From NCBI GenBank assembly GCA_964619365.1, contig CAZUDQ010000012.1:1-40911 (forward strand): a stretch of DNA of 40,911 bases, given 5' to 3'. This document shows positions 9,001-16,346 of this stretch, one piece after another. Under the pieces are notes generated by a model, which saw nothing but the letters and a program-made list of their open reading frames with translations, was not told where the DNA came from and made no database searches. How positions within the stretch are numbered: the first letter of the stretch is position 1; every line of letters begins with the position of its first letter. Made by a program: the position numbers and the translations under genes. Source of the stretch: an uncultured archaeon. GTDB lineage: Archaea; Altiarchaeota; Altiarchaeia; JAFGQM01.

Positions 9001-11605
9001 AATCGTAGACATACCCTTTCTTTCCACCACCGGAGTTAGAATAACCAACAACACCAAAAAGACCTACATAACTCTCAGTTGAACGATTGATATAAAGATT
9101 ACTAATGACATGGTTATTTCCATAAAAATAACCAATAAACGAAGTAGTAGAGGACGAATAAGAACTTCCTATTGGGTCCCAACCAGAACCAGTTGTGTAA
9201 CTTGGGTCGCAAAGCGAGAAATCAATATCATTCTGAAGAGAATAATTCCAATCAAGATGTGTTCTTATGTTGTTTAGGTCATCACAAGAGCAGATTGGGT
9301 GCGGGCTTACTCCATCGTCCCAGCAGTCTGAAGGCGCCGGGTCTAAAGAAGCTGTTATATTGCCACACTCACCTGCGAGACAGCAGACTTCTGTTGTCAC
9401 ATCAAAGAACTCGTTTTGGGTCGCGTTAAGATTGCCCGTGGGTGTTACTAAAGATATACTCACACTCGGATTTGAGGGGCTTGGCGGGCTTAATCCTTGT
9501 AATGTTGGATAATCAGTACCATTGTTTGAATCATTCCATACGTTTGTAAAGTCCCAGGATGACAAAGGGGCATTTACTGTATAATAAAAGTATTCAGCAG
9601 TACTTGATCCGCTCCCATTTATAACAGTTCCAGTACGGGTAGAAGTATTCAAATTCTCACTTGTATTGTAATAATATAGTCCTATTAAATTATCTTGTCG
9701 ATTTACATAATCAACAACAGGAGCATGATAAATATTTGGTGATGATGTATTGGAAACAGTAAATACATTTTTGACTGCCCATCCACCAAAACCATAATCA
9801 GTTCCACCAGTAATACCACCGACATGTTGTCCAGCACCAATAATACTAAAGTTACCAACTGAATATGCATTTGTAATACGACTGTATTGTTCATGACCAA
9901 CAATACCACCACAATAAGAACCTCCACCAGTAACATTACCAACAAAATAAACATCCCACATGCTAGAAGAATCAGTCAAATATCCAACCAATCCACCATT
10001 ATATGATCCATAACCATAGATATTAGAATTACCCGCATAAGTTCGATTAATATTGTCACCCTTACAATGACCAATCAAAATACCATTATAACCAGAACCA
10101 CGGATAAACGCGTTTTCAAAACCTAAATCATAAACATTAAATCCATTATTTGTTACACCAAATAACCCGTTATAATCTCCGTCATGATCATCAATTGTCA
10201 AATCATAAATTGTTTTTCCATTACCATCAAGCTGTCCCGTAAAATAATGACTAGTATCATAACCAACTGGGGCAAATCCATCCCCACCATTCCATCGAAC
10301 AGTATCTGAACAATTAATATCATCCATCAAAACATAATAAGCAGTTAGGTTATTTCTCATTGCTTGTAATTCTGTGCAATTATGAATCTGATAAGGTGAA
10401 GCAGAGGTTCCACTTCCAGACAATACTGGGTCGGTAAAAGTTGAAGCGCCATTAAGTCTCAATGTTGGATAAGTATCAGCATGTTCTTCCCAAATATAAT
10501 CTCTATCGAAACCTAATAGCGCACTATTATTCATATTATAAAAAGCACTAATATTATCATAACCTTCTTGACTTATAACAGTACCAGCACGAGTAGAAGT
10601 ATTTGCGTTTTCACTTGTATTATAATAATAAAGTCTAACTAAATTATCCTGTCGATTTACATAATCAACAACAGGAGCATGATAAATATTTGGTGATGAT
10701 GTATTGGAAACAGTAAATACATTTTTGACTGCCCATCCACCAAAACCATAATCAGTTCCACCAGTAATACCACCGACATGTTGTCCAGCACCAATAATAC
10801 TAAAGTTACCAACTGAATATGCATTTGTAATACGACTGTATTGTTCATGACCAACAATACCACCACAATAAGAACCTCCACCAGTAACATTACCAACAAA
10901 ATAAACATCCCACATGCTAGAAGAATCAGTCAAATATCCAACCAATCCACCATTGCTTTCACCAGCCCCAGTAACTACGCTGTTATTAGCATAAGTTCGA
11001 TTAATATTATCCCCATCAACTTGCCCAGCTAAAACACCATTAAAACTAAGACCATTAACAAATGCATTTTCAAATCCTAAATCATAAGCTTCAAATCCAT
11101 TGGTAGTATATCCAAATAATCCATTGTAACTAGTTGAAGGTCTATTAATATACAAATTACTAACAACATAACCCTGGCCGTCAAAGCTTCCTGTAAAAGT
11201 CCCTATGGGTAACCAGCCTTCACCTGTCGTGTAACTCGCGTCGCAAAGCGAGAAGTCTATGTCGTTTTGGAGTTCATAATCCCAGGAAAGTTGGGTTCGC
11301 GTTAAATTTAAGTCATCACATGAGCAGATTGGATGTGGGCTTGTTCCTGCGTCCCAGCAGTCTGTTGTTGAGTTGCCCATCAAACCTGAAACTGGTTCTG
11401 TTTCGTTACCAGTGTCGTTTCCGGTTTCGTTTGATTCTGGAGGCGTCACAAAATATTCGTAGATGTCCCCCTCACCTATTGCAAGACCCTGAGGTGATTG
11501 TGGTGATTTAAAGCTTTCTTCAGATGGACTTAAAATGCTAAAAGATAGGGCAAAAGCCGTAATGAGTATTGCTATGCTTAACACTATTGCGACTTTGAGA
11601 GCCAT
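1..11605 (-). CDS. Giant secreted/surface protein (>3,868 aa, 3' end beyond window): GLUG-motif domains, Gly-rich repeats, LamG domain, Ig-like linkers
   Basis: Hand translation from ATG at 11605 gives MALKVAIVLSIAILITAFALSFSIL (signal/TM). The frame at the left edge (...DDNFTSLNNVYWL) is the same frame. The track lists no large minus ORF here, consistent with no in-frame stop. GLUG-type domain starts occur at ~11360, ~10420, ~9330, ~3640, ~2095 and ~945, each with a G-T-x-x-D/S-P (or similar) start, an FTGxFDG-like motif and repeated GGLVG/GGIVG motifs. LamG-like segment ~3820-4440 (SGKYGGAYSFDGVND...SVSAWVN...FSGSIDEYRIYNRTLSADEI). Many N-x-S/T sequons. Confidence 0.9.
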   Translation of the reverse strand, partial: MALKVAIVLSIAILITAFALSFSILSPSEESFKSPQSPQGLAIGEGDIYEYFVTPPESNETGNDTGNETEPVSGLMGNSTTDCWDAGTSPHPICSCDDLNLTRTQLSWDYELQNDIDFSLCDASYTTGEGWLPIGTFTGSFDGQGYVVSNLYINRPSTSYNGLFGYTTNGFEAYDLGFENAFVNGLSFNGVLAGQVDGDNINRTYANNSVVTGAGESNGGLVGYLTDSSSMWDVYFVGNVTGGGSYCGGIVGHEQYSRITNAYSVGNFSIIGAGQHVGGITGGTDYGFGGWAVKNVFTVSNTSSPNIYHAPVVDYVNRQDNLVRLYYYNTSENANTSTRAGTVISQEGYDNISAFYNMNNSALLGFDRDYIWEEHADTYPTLRLNGASTFTDPVLSGSGTSASPYQIHNCTELQAMRNNLTAYYVLMDDINCSDTVRWNGGDGFAPVGYDTSHYFTGQLDGNGKTIYDLTIDDHDGDYNGLFGVTNNGFNVYDLGFENAFIRGSGYNGILIGHCKGDNINRTYAGNSNIYGYGSYNGGLVGYLTDSSSMWDVYFVGNVTGGGSYCGGIVGHEQYSRITNAYSVGNFSIIGAGQHVGGITGGTDYGFGGWAVKNVFTVSNTSSPNIYHAPVVDYVNRQDNLIGLYYYNTSENLNTSTRTGTVINGSGSSTAEYFYYTVNAPLSSWDFTNVWNDSNNGTDYPTLQGLSPPSPSNPSVSISLVTPTGNLNATQNEFFDVTTEVCCLAGECGNITASLDPAPSDCWDDGVSPHPICSCDDLNNIRTHLDWNYSLQNDIDFSLCDPSYTTGSGWDPIGSSYSSSTTSFIGYFYGNNHVISNLYINRSTESYVGLFGVVGYSNSGGGKKGYVYDLSLSSVNVTGGDYTGGLAGTIYYGSRVNNSNVFSGTVTGGIRTAGFIGFSSYSRIFNCSSLADVTGSSDTGGLVGWAYNTIINKTYATGDVTGTDYTGGLTGSLSSSSAYDSYATGDVIGGLYTGGFAGSAYGTISDSYATGDVTGGSNQTGGLVGYCYACKSLNSYSTGAVHGSGYVGGLIAYMRGYGALITNSYWLDHPGDDASNCYHDGDSGCTKVSDESYFFDYSNPPENSWDFTNVWDISNNGTGYPTLQGLTPPVIDKGGLVPHGSGTPFYTTDLNPQNISLNESECQNVTWSVNATGEDASTYEFYAFANLTSDPSINNETEHWNVTIEYIPYPNCLETGGNITITTDTTWTQNQTCDVVTITNNAVLTFDSVGAGNNSIALTANSLNIDVGASISADSKGYIGGPERVTGYGPGGGTGGSYSGGGASYGGAGGINYRGSAGGGPIYGSSLAPTIPGSGGGGATWVGAGGAGGGAITLNITDIFTLDGIVRANGANGGSGTMGGGAGSGGGIYVITNALQGSGSFFANGGNGVVGSGGGAGGRIAIYYNTSTFASPQNSRVIGGNSEGGGSNAKSGTLIFVDQTKNSAQIYGGFRFQGTTGIANESVNTTFFNTDNPSDWNFSNLSVINADNVWGVVDPLNLSVIGELELSNSDWSNLMVAFNVDTMTLQDSSLTSTNTTENTLLIQSGTSVILDNSSIYGNANITAPTLLLDSDSIISADNKGYAGGPLATSGSGPGAGGGGSYAGRGAGHGGQGGANSRGTSGGIVYGSSLAPTQIGSGGGGGQWSGPGGDGGGAISLNIASTLTVNGIISANGEVGGGGVYYGGGGSGGSIYVVTDTIQGTGTFIANGGYAVSGAGGGAGGRIAIYYNTSSFTSPQNSRVEGGSGDEDGKSGTLIFVDQTKNSAEIYGGFRFQGTTGIANESVNTTFFNTDNPSDWNFSNLSVINADNVWGVVDPLNLSVSGTLNISSSYWSNSEVNFSIMTPQLSLNYSSISAGAMDLTGVDSLTFNYSNLSASDGVVNSIRIKLDNELTLNNSNIYGNSNISALNLFVNNESILSADGKGYPGGPERVNGYGPGGGTGSGSSLAGGGGGHGGVGGKGGSGGYGGTVYSSSLAPIMMGSGGGGATWVGAGGAGGGVITLNIEDVFTLDGIIRVNGANGGSGTQGGGAGSGGSIYAITDTAQGSGSLFANGGNGVSGSGGGGGGRIAVYYNASTFTSPQNSGANAGNSDGNTEPKTGTLIFVDESKNSAEIYGGFRFQGTTGIANESVNTSFFNTDNPSEWNFSNLTIRNADNILGAVNPLNILVSDTAYLSNFTWTNAGIEATLKGTGNTLVIINNTFTDSNLNYNNTRVTIEQEFGTIAWLETLYNIADLSLNTNITLNHTFVDSIDLPGLNESSNITLRNLTFNYTPVIQKDINDNGTFVVCESPMCNALSYNNSTGTFRFNVIGFTTYEASEGLPPFQINFTLPTPNNDTNTTNTSFTVNVSVESELLSNLTYNWNGTEHEIYNASLLLMYNFDNYTRMNDTSIYENNGTCVNCPIWNSSGKYGGAYSFDGVNDRIDIDPSPFGGFLHGSVSAWVNLNAFGGTNCNSHNGITNCVAVGFNDDWGWFFAVNSDGALIFDTSASSSSWNTISNTPAGLVTLDNWYYIAVTTDGTSIRYYLDGVLNYTDTPAYAGFGTGTNDRFGIGGSALSDNYAFSGSIDEYRIYNRTLSADEILLTYNSNLAKTNASNWSLYVNQTGNTSYGLMPGAYIYNATACDQDICQSTESRTITILSQCPNDMDGLGTASDPCIINTVADLSSARECLYCDYELNASLDLSGESNWTPIGNCTGSCYDETNDNPFTGTFDGQGHTLSDLTIDREEDNQGLFGNLYSHNGSGNITNLTIEDAEVTGANYVGALVGNAYGASLLYITIDANMTGAGNIGLLAGQAGRSSLSYIVTSGIVTATNNAGGVAGDGSDSEITHSSSSASVSASYYAGGIFAIGDRANITDVNSSTTTQTEISGIHVHSYSGGIVSYAVDAKIEDCNTLGRMSGNGVIGGLAGYLQGGSVSSCYSQSELVSGGPDTGGLIGIAIGTTIEECESRAAVTGVDGTGGLIGNASGVTITECISSANVSGGINVGGMVGEAQGTTIEDSYALGNVLGANTLGGIVGYAENSHLTNVYSAANVLGASAIGGIAGNASGTITNAYSAAFVFFTSSGAGILGGGNANITNSYWYNRTDGRAINCAPHSNYNCSGETTLEYFYEVDNSPISTWDFPPWDDYCDGVGFQSLAWQDISGTSNCPSFSPMLLACPNGMSGNGTNDDPCEITNRSDIDSMDECPICAYELTTDLDMQSVARTPTTLLLGSFFGNNHTISNFHVPSSSYYRGLIGILLGNASDINFEDVYIRGGTYVGTLAGWAEDSIISNINVTGSLHGYQCGGILGRAQRNVEMSNCSADITQTAGSSHQGGLVGILYYSSITDSHATTDMVDGEYYRGGLVGHSVRSTIKNSYADANIRGVGYIGGLIGYPHTTSFENCYATGNITGGLAVGGIGGYGYYAHIKDSYSLVNVNGGHQVGGIYGRGYRAQVQNVYSAGTLNYATSGGAMFGTNDLNYLTNAYWLNRSTDRANFCTQSTNTGCTAITDESYFFNINNTPISEWSFPPWSDACNTTGYQTLYGTDESCPSFVEPSAMTCPNGMSGDGTLNDPCLLTDADDLAAADSCLVCNYEITSDIDMTGVTWQAPEYLFFGNLDGAGHTISNLAINDRRSYKGGLFGRVTESFKNLSITDFDIKGAYMAGALATRADYATFTDINTSGVMDSTSHYVGSIVGHSSGGSMTRCNFVGNVTGRNHYTGGLAGVYHNAQVTNCSSVGNVKGVYYAGGLFGHATYSRIHESYARGNVSSIYETGGLVGNGQSARVYDSYFDGNVAGERMAAGLLAYAYRATVTDSYASGEVAGTENVGGLIGYSDDATVIDSFAAAPVYYTINGGGIAGDDNFTSLNNVYWL
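5073..7215 (-). repeat. Three tandem ~1 kb Gly-rich repeat units inside the giant ORF; 151-bp near-identical tract 6108-6258 / 7065-7215, more diverged third copy ~5073-5223
   Basis: Direct comparison shows 6108-6258 and 7065-7215 (offset 957) differ at one base. Antisense ORFs ending 5219, 6254 and 7211 all end AIPVVPWNLNPP. Confidence 0.9.
9696..10954 (-). repeat. 305-bp perfect direct repeat (9696-10000 and 10650-10954, offset 954) in two adjacent GLUG domains
   Basis: Base-by-base comparison is identical. The track lists an identical 83-aa off-frame ORF at 9703..9954 and 10657..10908. Flanks are homologous but diverged. Confidence 0.95.
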
Positions 11606-11944
11606 TTGCTTTTGAGTATGGTATTAGTTATACTTAGTATATCTAGGTTATTTCTACTGAGAAAGACTTAAAAAAGATTGGTTTATTGCCATGCATACCA
11701 AAGAGAACTTAACTTGTTTATATCTTTGTGATTATCTCTCTTTTTGAGTTCCTGGTGGTTATCAATAATGCCGATAAGAGGCCTTCAAAATAATTATGGG
11801 TCTTGGGTTTTATCTAGTCCCCAAACCAGCAATACTCGGACACCCGAGTCTTGTGCCGTTTAAGCTTATTTAGGGTCAAAAAAGTTTATTTTAGAAAACC
11901 GGAACTGGGGGGTGTCAAAGACGAGTTATACTACTATTGTATAG

Positions 11945-12661
11945 TTAGTATCTTATTCCAAACTTCTTGACTTTCTTTGAGCAATATGGTTCTAGTTCAT
12001 CAAGCGCCTCTTTTGGAATAGTGTCCATAACAGAAAACTCTGTGTCCATAGCATTTTCAGGTATGTACTTCTGGATGAAATACGCATCAGCGCCCTCTAT
12101 GCTATCACATATTGCCCTTAAGTCTTCTAAGGAATGCATGCCTGAAATAACTGTTGTCCTGAATTCATGCGGAATCCCAGACTCCTTTATGATATCTATT
12201 GACTCATACATATCTGAAAGAATCTTGTCGTTTATTACTTTGCCAGTTATTTTATTATACGCAGATGCATCACTGAGGTCTGCCTTGATATCCATTGCAA
12301 CATAATCCAATAACTTTTGCTTAAAGAGTTCGCGCAGCATAGCTGGATTTGTGCCATTTGTATCCAGTTTAACTAAAAACCCTTCTTTTTTTACCTTTGC
12401 TATAAACTCTGGAAGGTCACTATGGACAGTCGGCTCACCCCCTGTTATTGAAAGAGCCTGTATCTTTTTATTATTATCAAAAAGATATTTTAAGATATAT
12501 TCTTCCGAAAAGAGTTTTAGTTTTGATATCTTTTCAGGCAATACAAGATCCGAGTTATGGCAAAAGGGGCAACGGAAGTTACAGCCTGGAGTAAAGACAA
12601 GTGCAGAGAGCTTTCCCGGATAATCAATCAAGGAAAGCTTCTGGAAGCCTCCAAATTCCAT
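11945..12661 (-). CDS. nrdG: Anaerobic ribonucleotide reductase activating protein (radical SAM)
   Basis: N-terminal SLIDYPGK, CNFRCPFC radical-SAM motif, ITGGEPT and KLDTNG motifs; immediately downstream of nrdD. Confidence 0.95.
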   Translation of the reverse strand: MEFGGFQKLSLIDYPGKLSALVFTPGCNFRCPFCHNSDLVLPEKISKLKLFSEEYILKYLFDNNKKIQALSITGGEPTVHSDLPEFIAKVKKEGFLVKLDTNGTNPAMLRELFKQKLLDYVAMDIKADLSDASAYNKITGKVINDKILSDMYESIDIIKESGIPHEFRTTVISGMHSLEDLRAICDSIEGADAYFIQKYIPENAMDTEFSVMDTIPKEALDELEPYCSKKVKKFGIRY

Positions 12662-14824
12662 TTATTCGACTCGTTTTACACTGCACCCACAGGAAGATGG
12701 CTCCCTGCCGATTGCAGAATCAAATATCTTTCTTTCGTTAAACTCCTGGCGTTTTCCGTCGTTCCACTGATCAACTGGTCGCAAGTACCCAACAACCCGC
12801 GAATATATCTCACAGTTTGTAATCTTGCCATCAACTTTGCACTCCGGACACTCATAATGTTCTCCAAAGATATAACCATGCGAGGGACATATGCTAAAGG
12901 TCGGAGTTATTGTAAAATATGGCAAAGAATAGTTTGAGCATATTGTCTTTACGAGCTGTTTTACTGACTCAACGGGTGGCTTTGCTTCACCAAGGTATAC
13001 GTGGAATACAGTTCCTCCAGTGTACTTTGCCTGAAGTCCATCCTGAAGACTCAATGCCTCAAACAAATCGTCTGTAAATGAGACTGGAAGGAGAGACGAA
13101 TTCGTGTAATATGGCGGGATGCCCTTCTTGACGGCATCACCATTTGCAAACTTCATATCGGGAAAGCGCTCGGCATCCTTTCTTGCAAGACTGTGGCTTG
13201 TACCTTCGGCTGGTGTTGCTTCAAGGTTAAAGAGTTCGCTTGAATTCTCTTGGTAATAGCTCAGGCGGTCGCGGATATGCTCCAACACTTTTTCAGAGAA
13301 TGCAAGACCTTCGGGGTCGCCTATCGTTTTACCCATAAAGTTGACAACAGCCTCATTCATACCGACAACACCTATTGTTGAGAAGTGGTTATTCCAGTAA
13401 GTACCATGCCCTTCTTTTGTATGGCGCAAATAGAACTTTGAGTAAGGATAAAGCCCCATTTCAGTAAATGCTTCGATTGTTTTTCTCTTGATTTCAAGGC
13501 TCTCTTTTGCAAGATCCATTAGAGCGTCAAGTCGTGTTATGAAGTCTTCTTCGTTTTCGGAGAGATATCCAAGGCGCGCCATATTGATGGTAACAACACC
13601 TATCGATCCTGTGAGTGGGTTCGCACCAAACAGGCCTCCACCTCTTCTTTGGAGCTCGCGCTTGTCAAGCCTGAGGTGACAACACATAGAACGTACGTCT
13701 TCAGGATCAAGATCTGAATTTATGAAATTTGAGAAATATGGTATTCCGTATTTTGCAGTCATCTCCCAAATCTTATCATATGCAGGATTGTCCCAATCAA
13801 AGTCTGAAGTTATGCTGTATGTGGGTATCGGGAATGTAAATACACGACCATCGGCATCGCCTTCAGTTAAGACCTCAGCAAACACTTCATTAAAGAGAAT
13901 TACTTCGTCCTGGAAGTCTTTGTAGGTATCCTCACGAATCTCTCCACCGTGGATTACAGGTTCATTCTCCATGAACTTTGGAACTTTTAGGTCTAAGGAA
14001 ACATTGGTAAAAGGTGTCTGAAAACCTACTCTTGTTGGAACGTTTATGTTAAATATAAATTCCTGTAAGGCTTGCTTTACCTGCTTGCGTGACAAGTCAT
14101 CATATTTGATAAATGGTGCAAGGAGCGTATCAAAGTTTGAGAATGCCTGCGCGCCTGCTGCCTCCCCTTGAAGAGTATAAAAGAAATTAACAATCTGTCC
14201 AAGAGCTGTTCTAAAGTGTTTTGCCGGCTTTGAGTCGACTTTTCCGCGAACGCCCCTGAATCCTGTGAGAAGGAGGTCTTTTAAGTCCCAGCCCACACAA
14301 TATGCTCCAAGGATTCCAAGGTCGTGGATATGGAAATCCCCCCCAAGGTGCGCCTCCTGAATCTCTTTTGGATAAATCTTATTGAGCCAATATTGTGAGG
14401 TTATAATTGAGGAGATGTGGAAATTGAGGCCTTGGAGGGAAAATGTCATATTCGCGTTTTCCTTAACGCGCCAGTCCGCCTCATTGACATAATCCTCGAC
14501 AATACTAAGGTTTGAAAAAAGGCCTTTTAGTTCACGCAATTCATCGTGTTGCCTTCTATATAATATATATGCTTTTGCAGTCAGGTAGTGCTTGCCTTCG
14601 ACAAGAACTTTTTCGACTGAGTCCTGTACCTGTTCAACAGTTGGTACTTCGCCGGGAGATAATTTTGCCGCAAGGAGATTGATTGCCGTTGCGGCAAGTT
14701 TGTTTGAAAGCTCGGGGTCTTTACCCCCCACGGCCTGTGCTGCTTTCCAAATGGCTTTGGCAATTTTTTCTTCATCGAAGTCGACTATCCTTCCGTCCCT
14801 CTTCCTGATTTGTTTTATTGCCAT
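12662..14824 (-). CDS. nrdD: Class III anaerobic ribonucleoside-triphosphate reductase with N-terminal ATP cone
   Basis: ATP cone (IRKRDGRIVDFDEEKI...VEQVQDSVE), RSMCC active-site region, EATPAEG, CPSHG...CPEC metal site, YSRVVGYLRPV glycyl-radical motif. Start re-placed at MAIKQ (ATG 14824) because the track's GTG start at 14866 lies inside an operator box. Confidence 0.95.
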   Translation of the reverse strand: MAIKQIRKRDGRIVDFDEEKIAKAIWKAAQAVGGKDPELSNKLAATAINLLAAKLSPGEVPTVEQVQDSVEKVLVEGKHYLTAKAYILYRRQHDELRELKGLFSNLSIVEDYVNEADWRVKENANMTFSLQGLNFHISSIITSQYWLNKIYPKEIQEAHLGGDFHIHDLGILGAYCVGWDLKDLLLTGFRGVRGKVDSKPAKHFRTALGQIVNFFYTLQGEAAGAQAFSNFDTLLAPFIKYDDLSRKQVKQALQEFIFNINVPTRVGFQTPFTNVSLDLKVPKFMENEPVIHGGEIREDTYKDFQDEVILFNEVFAEVLTEGDADGRVFTFPIPTYSITSDFDWDNPAYDKIWEMTAKYGIPYFSNFINSDLDPEDVRSMCCHLRLDKRELQRRGGGLFGANPLTGSIGVVTINMARLGYLSENEEDFITRLDALMDLAKESLEIKRKTIEAFTEMGLYPYSKFYLRHTKEGHGTYWNNHFSTIGVVGMNEAVVNFMGKTIGDPEGLAFSEKVLEHIRDRLSYYQENSSELFNLEATPAEGTSHSLARKDAERFPDMKFANGDAVKKGIPPYYTNSSLLPVSFTDDLFEALSLQDGLQAKYTGGTVFHVYLGEAKPPVESVKQLVKTICSNYSLPYFTITPTFSICPSHGYIFGEHYECPECKVDGKITNCEIYSRVVGYLRPVDQWNDGKRQEFNERKIFDSAIGREPSSCGCSVKRVE

Positions 14825-14862
14825 TTTTGTCACTATCTTGTTGTAACCGTTTTCTTTGAAAA

Positions 14863-14910
14863 CCACAACATCTTGTGGTGTTCACTTCATTCAGGCACAA
14901 CATATTGTTG
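14863..14910. promoter_or_regulatory. Tandem NrdR-box-like operators: CCACAACATCTTGTGG (14863-14878) and GCACAACATATTGTTG (14895-14910)
   Basis: Both 16-mers match the NrdR-box consensus acaCwAtATaTwGtg. Starts are 32 bp apart (three helical turns, the usual tandem spacing) and lie directly upstream of a ribonucleotide reductase operon. Confidence 0.8.
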
Positions 14911-14932
14911 TGAGTAAGATTACATCTTGGCC

Positions 14933-14940
14933 TATAAAAA
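14933..14940 (-). promoter_or_regulatory. Putative TATA box (TTTTTATA) of nrdD-nrdG
   Basis: Archaeal TATA-like octamer; a start ~25 nt downstream would fall on the distal NrdR-like box. The same octamer precedes rpoH. Confidence 0.55.
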
Positions 14941-15105
14941 GGCAATCAGTTTTTAGGAAAAACCTACTTTTTTGTTGTCCTCAAACACAAGCTTCCAATT
15001 GTATTTTTCCGTCTGTTTGTGTATTACTAAAGGTAATATTCTACAATCTCGCCTTTTATTTGAAACGTGGCAAAAAGCCGCAGAAAGATTTGTCTAAATA
15101 CTAAA

Positions 15106-16305
15106 ATGGCACGAAATATTACCGTCAGCGATTATGCTGGCAAGTATGTTGAGGACCTGGATGTTGAGATCGTAGAGCGCAAAGGAATCGGTCACCCCGA
15201 CTCGATAAGCGATGGTGTGGCTGACGCCGTTTCTGTGGCGCTTTGTAAGGAATACCTAAAACGCTTTGATACAGTATTCCACCACAATACTGATGAGACT
15301 CAAATTGTCGCAGGGCAAGCCCGCTCAAAGTTCGGGGGAGGTGCAGTCCTTGAACCTATATACATGCTACTTGTAGGGCGAGCAACAAATCAAGTAGGTG
15401 GTGAAAGCATTGCAGTTCCTGAAATAGCTCTTGATGCGGCAAAGACTTACATTCGTGAGAATATTGCAAACTTAAACCCTGATGACCAGATGACAATTGA
15501 GGCAAAGTATGGCGCAGGTTCAGCCGACCTCCAGTCAGTCTTCTCAGACAAGACACATATCCCTGGCGCAAACGACACATCTTTTGGAATCGGTTTTGCG
15601 CCATTCTCCGAAGTCGAACAATTAACACTACTAACTGAAGAACTCCTTAACTCAAAAGAGACAAAAAAGAGCCTGCCTGCAATTGGTGAGGACATAAAAG
15701 TCATGGGGCTTCGTGAGGGCGAAAAGATAACACTCACACTTTGTATTGCAGAGGTTGATAAATATGTTTCTTGTGTGGGCGACTACATGGAAACTATTGA
15801 TAAGTCTAAGGAACTCATCAAGAATCTTGCAAAGGGCATAACAAACCGCAAGGTCGATGTCCTTATCAACACAGGCGATATCCCCAGCAAAGGCGAATCA
15901 GGACTTTTCCTTACAGTTACAGGAACAAGTGCAGAAAACGGTGATGACGGCTCTGTTGGAAGAGGCAACCGTGTTTCAGGGTTGATTACCCCAGGACGGC
16001 CAATGTCCATGGAGGCTGCGTCCGGAAAGAACCCAATAAACCACGTCGGAAAGATTTATAACATCCTTTCGTTCAGGATAGCTGACAGGATTGTAAAGGA
16101 AGTTCCGGGCGTGAGTCAGGCTGAAGTCCAGCTTTTAAGCCAGATTGGAAGCCCGATTGACGAACCGAAGATGTGTTACCTTAACCTGCTTGCCGATGAC
16201 TTGTCATCAGCAACGCGCGACGCACACGGTATTGCTGACGAGATGCTTGCAGATATCAAGCGCGTCACAAACGATGTAATCCACGGCAAAGTAAGGACCT
16301 TCTAG
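15106..16305 (+). CDS. mat: Archaeal-type S-adenosylmethionine synthetase
   Basis: [67 protein letters not shown] motifs. Start placed at ATG 15106 (MARNI). Confidence 0.95.
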   Translation: MARNITVSDYAGKYVEDLDVEIVERKGIGHPDSISDGVADAVSVALCKEYLKRFDTVFHHNTDETQIVAGQARSKFGGGAVLEPIYMLLVGRATNQVGGESIAVPEIALDAAKTYIRENIANLNPDDQMTIEAKYGAGSADLQSVFSDKTHIPGANDTSFGIGFAPFSEVEQLTLLTEELLNSKETKKSLPAIGEDIKVMGLREGEKITLTLCIAEVDKYVSCVGDYMETIDKSKELIKNLAKGITNRKVDVLINTGDIPSKGESGLFLTVTGTSAENGDDGSVGRGNRVSGLITPGRPMSMEAASGKNPINHVGKIYNILSFRIADRIVKEVPGVSQAEVQLLSQIGSPIDEPKMCYLNLLADDLSSATRDAHGIADEMLADIKRVTNDVIHGKVRTF

Positions 16306-16328
16306 GGTCCTTTTTTGTTTTTCTTTTT
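16293..16328 (+). terminator. Hairpin plus T-tract overlapping the SAM synthetase stop codon
   Basis: AAGGACCT-TCTA-GGGTCCTT stem-loop followed by TTTTGTTTTTCTTTTT. Confidence 0.55.
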
Positions 16329-16346
16329 ATTTTCTTATTTTTACAC

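Noticed and set aside
9600-11130. Diversity-generating retroelement TR/VR pair
   Set aside because: The core copies are identical, flank differences are not adenine-specific and are largely synonymous, both copies are coding, and no reverse transcriptase is in the window.
181-11511. Short ORFs listed by the track in the first 11.6 kb
   Set aside because: All are antisense or off-frame shadows of the giant minus-strand ORF.
11606-11944. Small hairpins (e.g. ACTCGG-ACAC-CCGAGT) in the gap between nrdG and the giant gene
   Set aside because: Short and isolated; compatible with ordinary terminator or promoter sequence. No tRNA cloverleaf or CRISPR repeat pattern.
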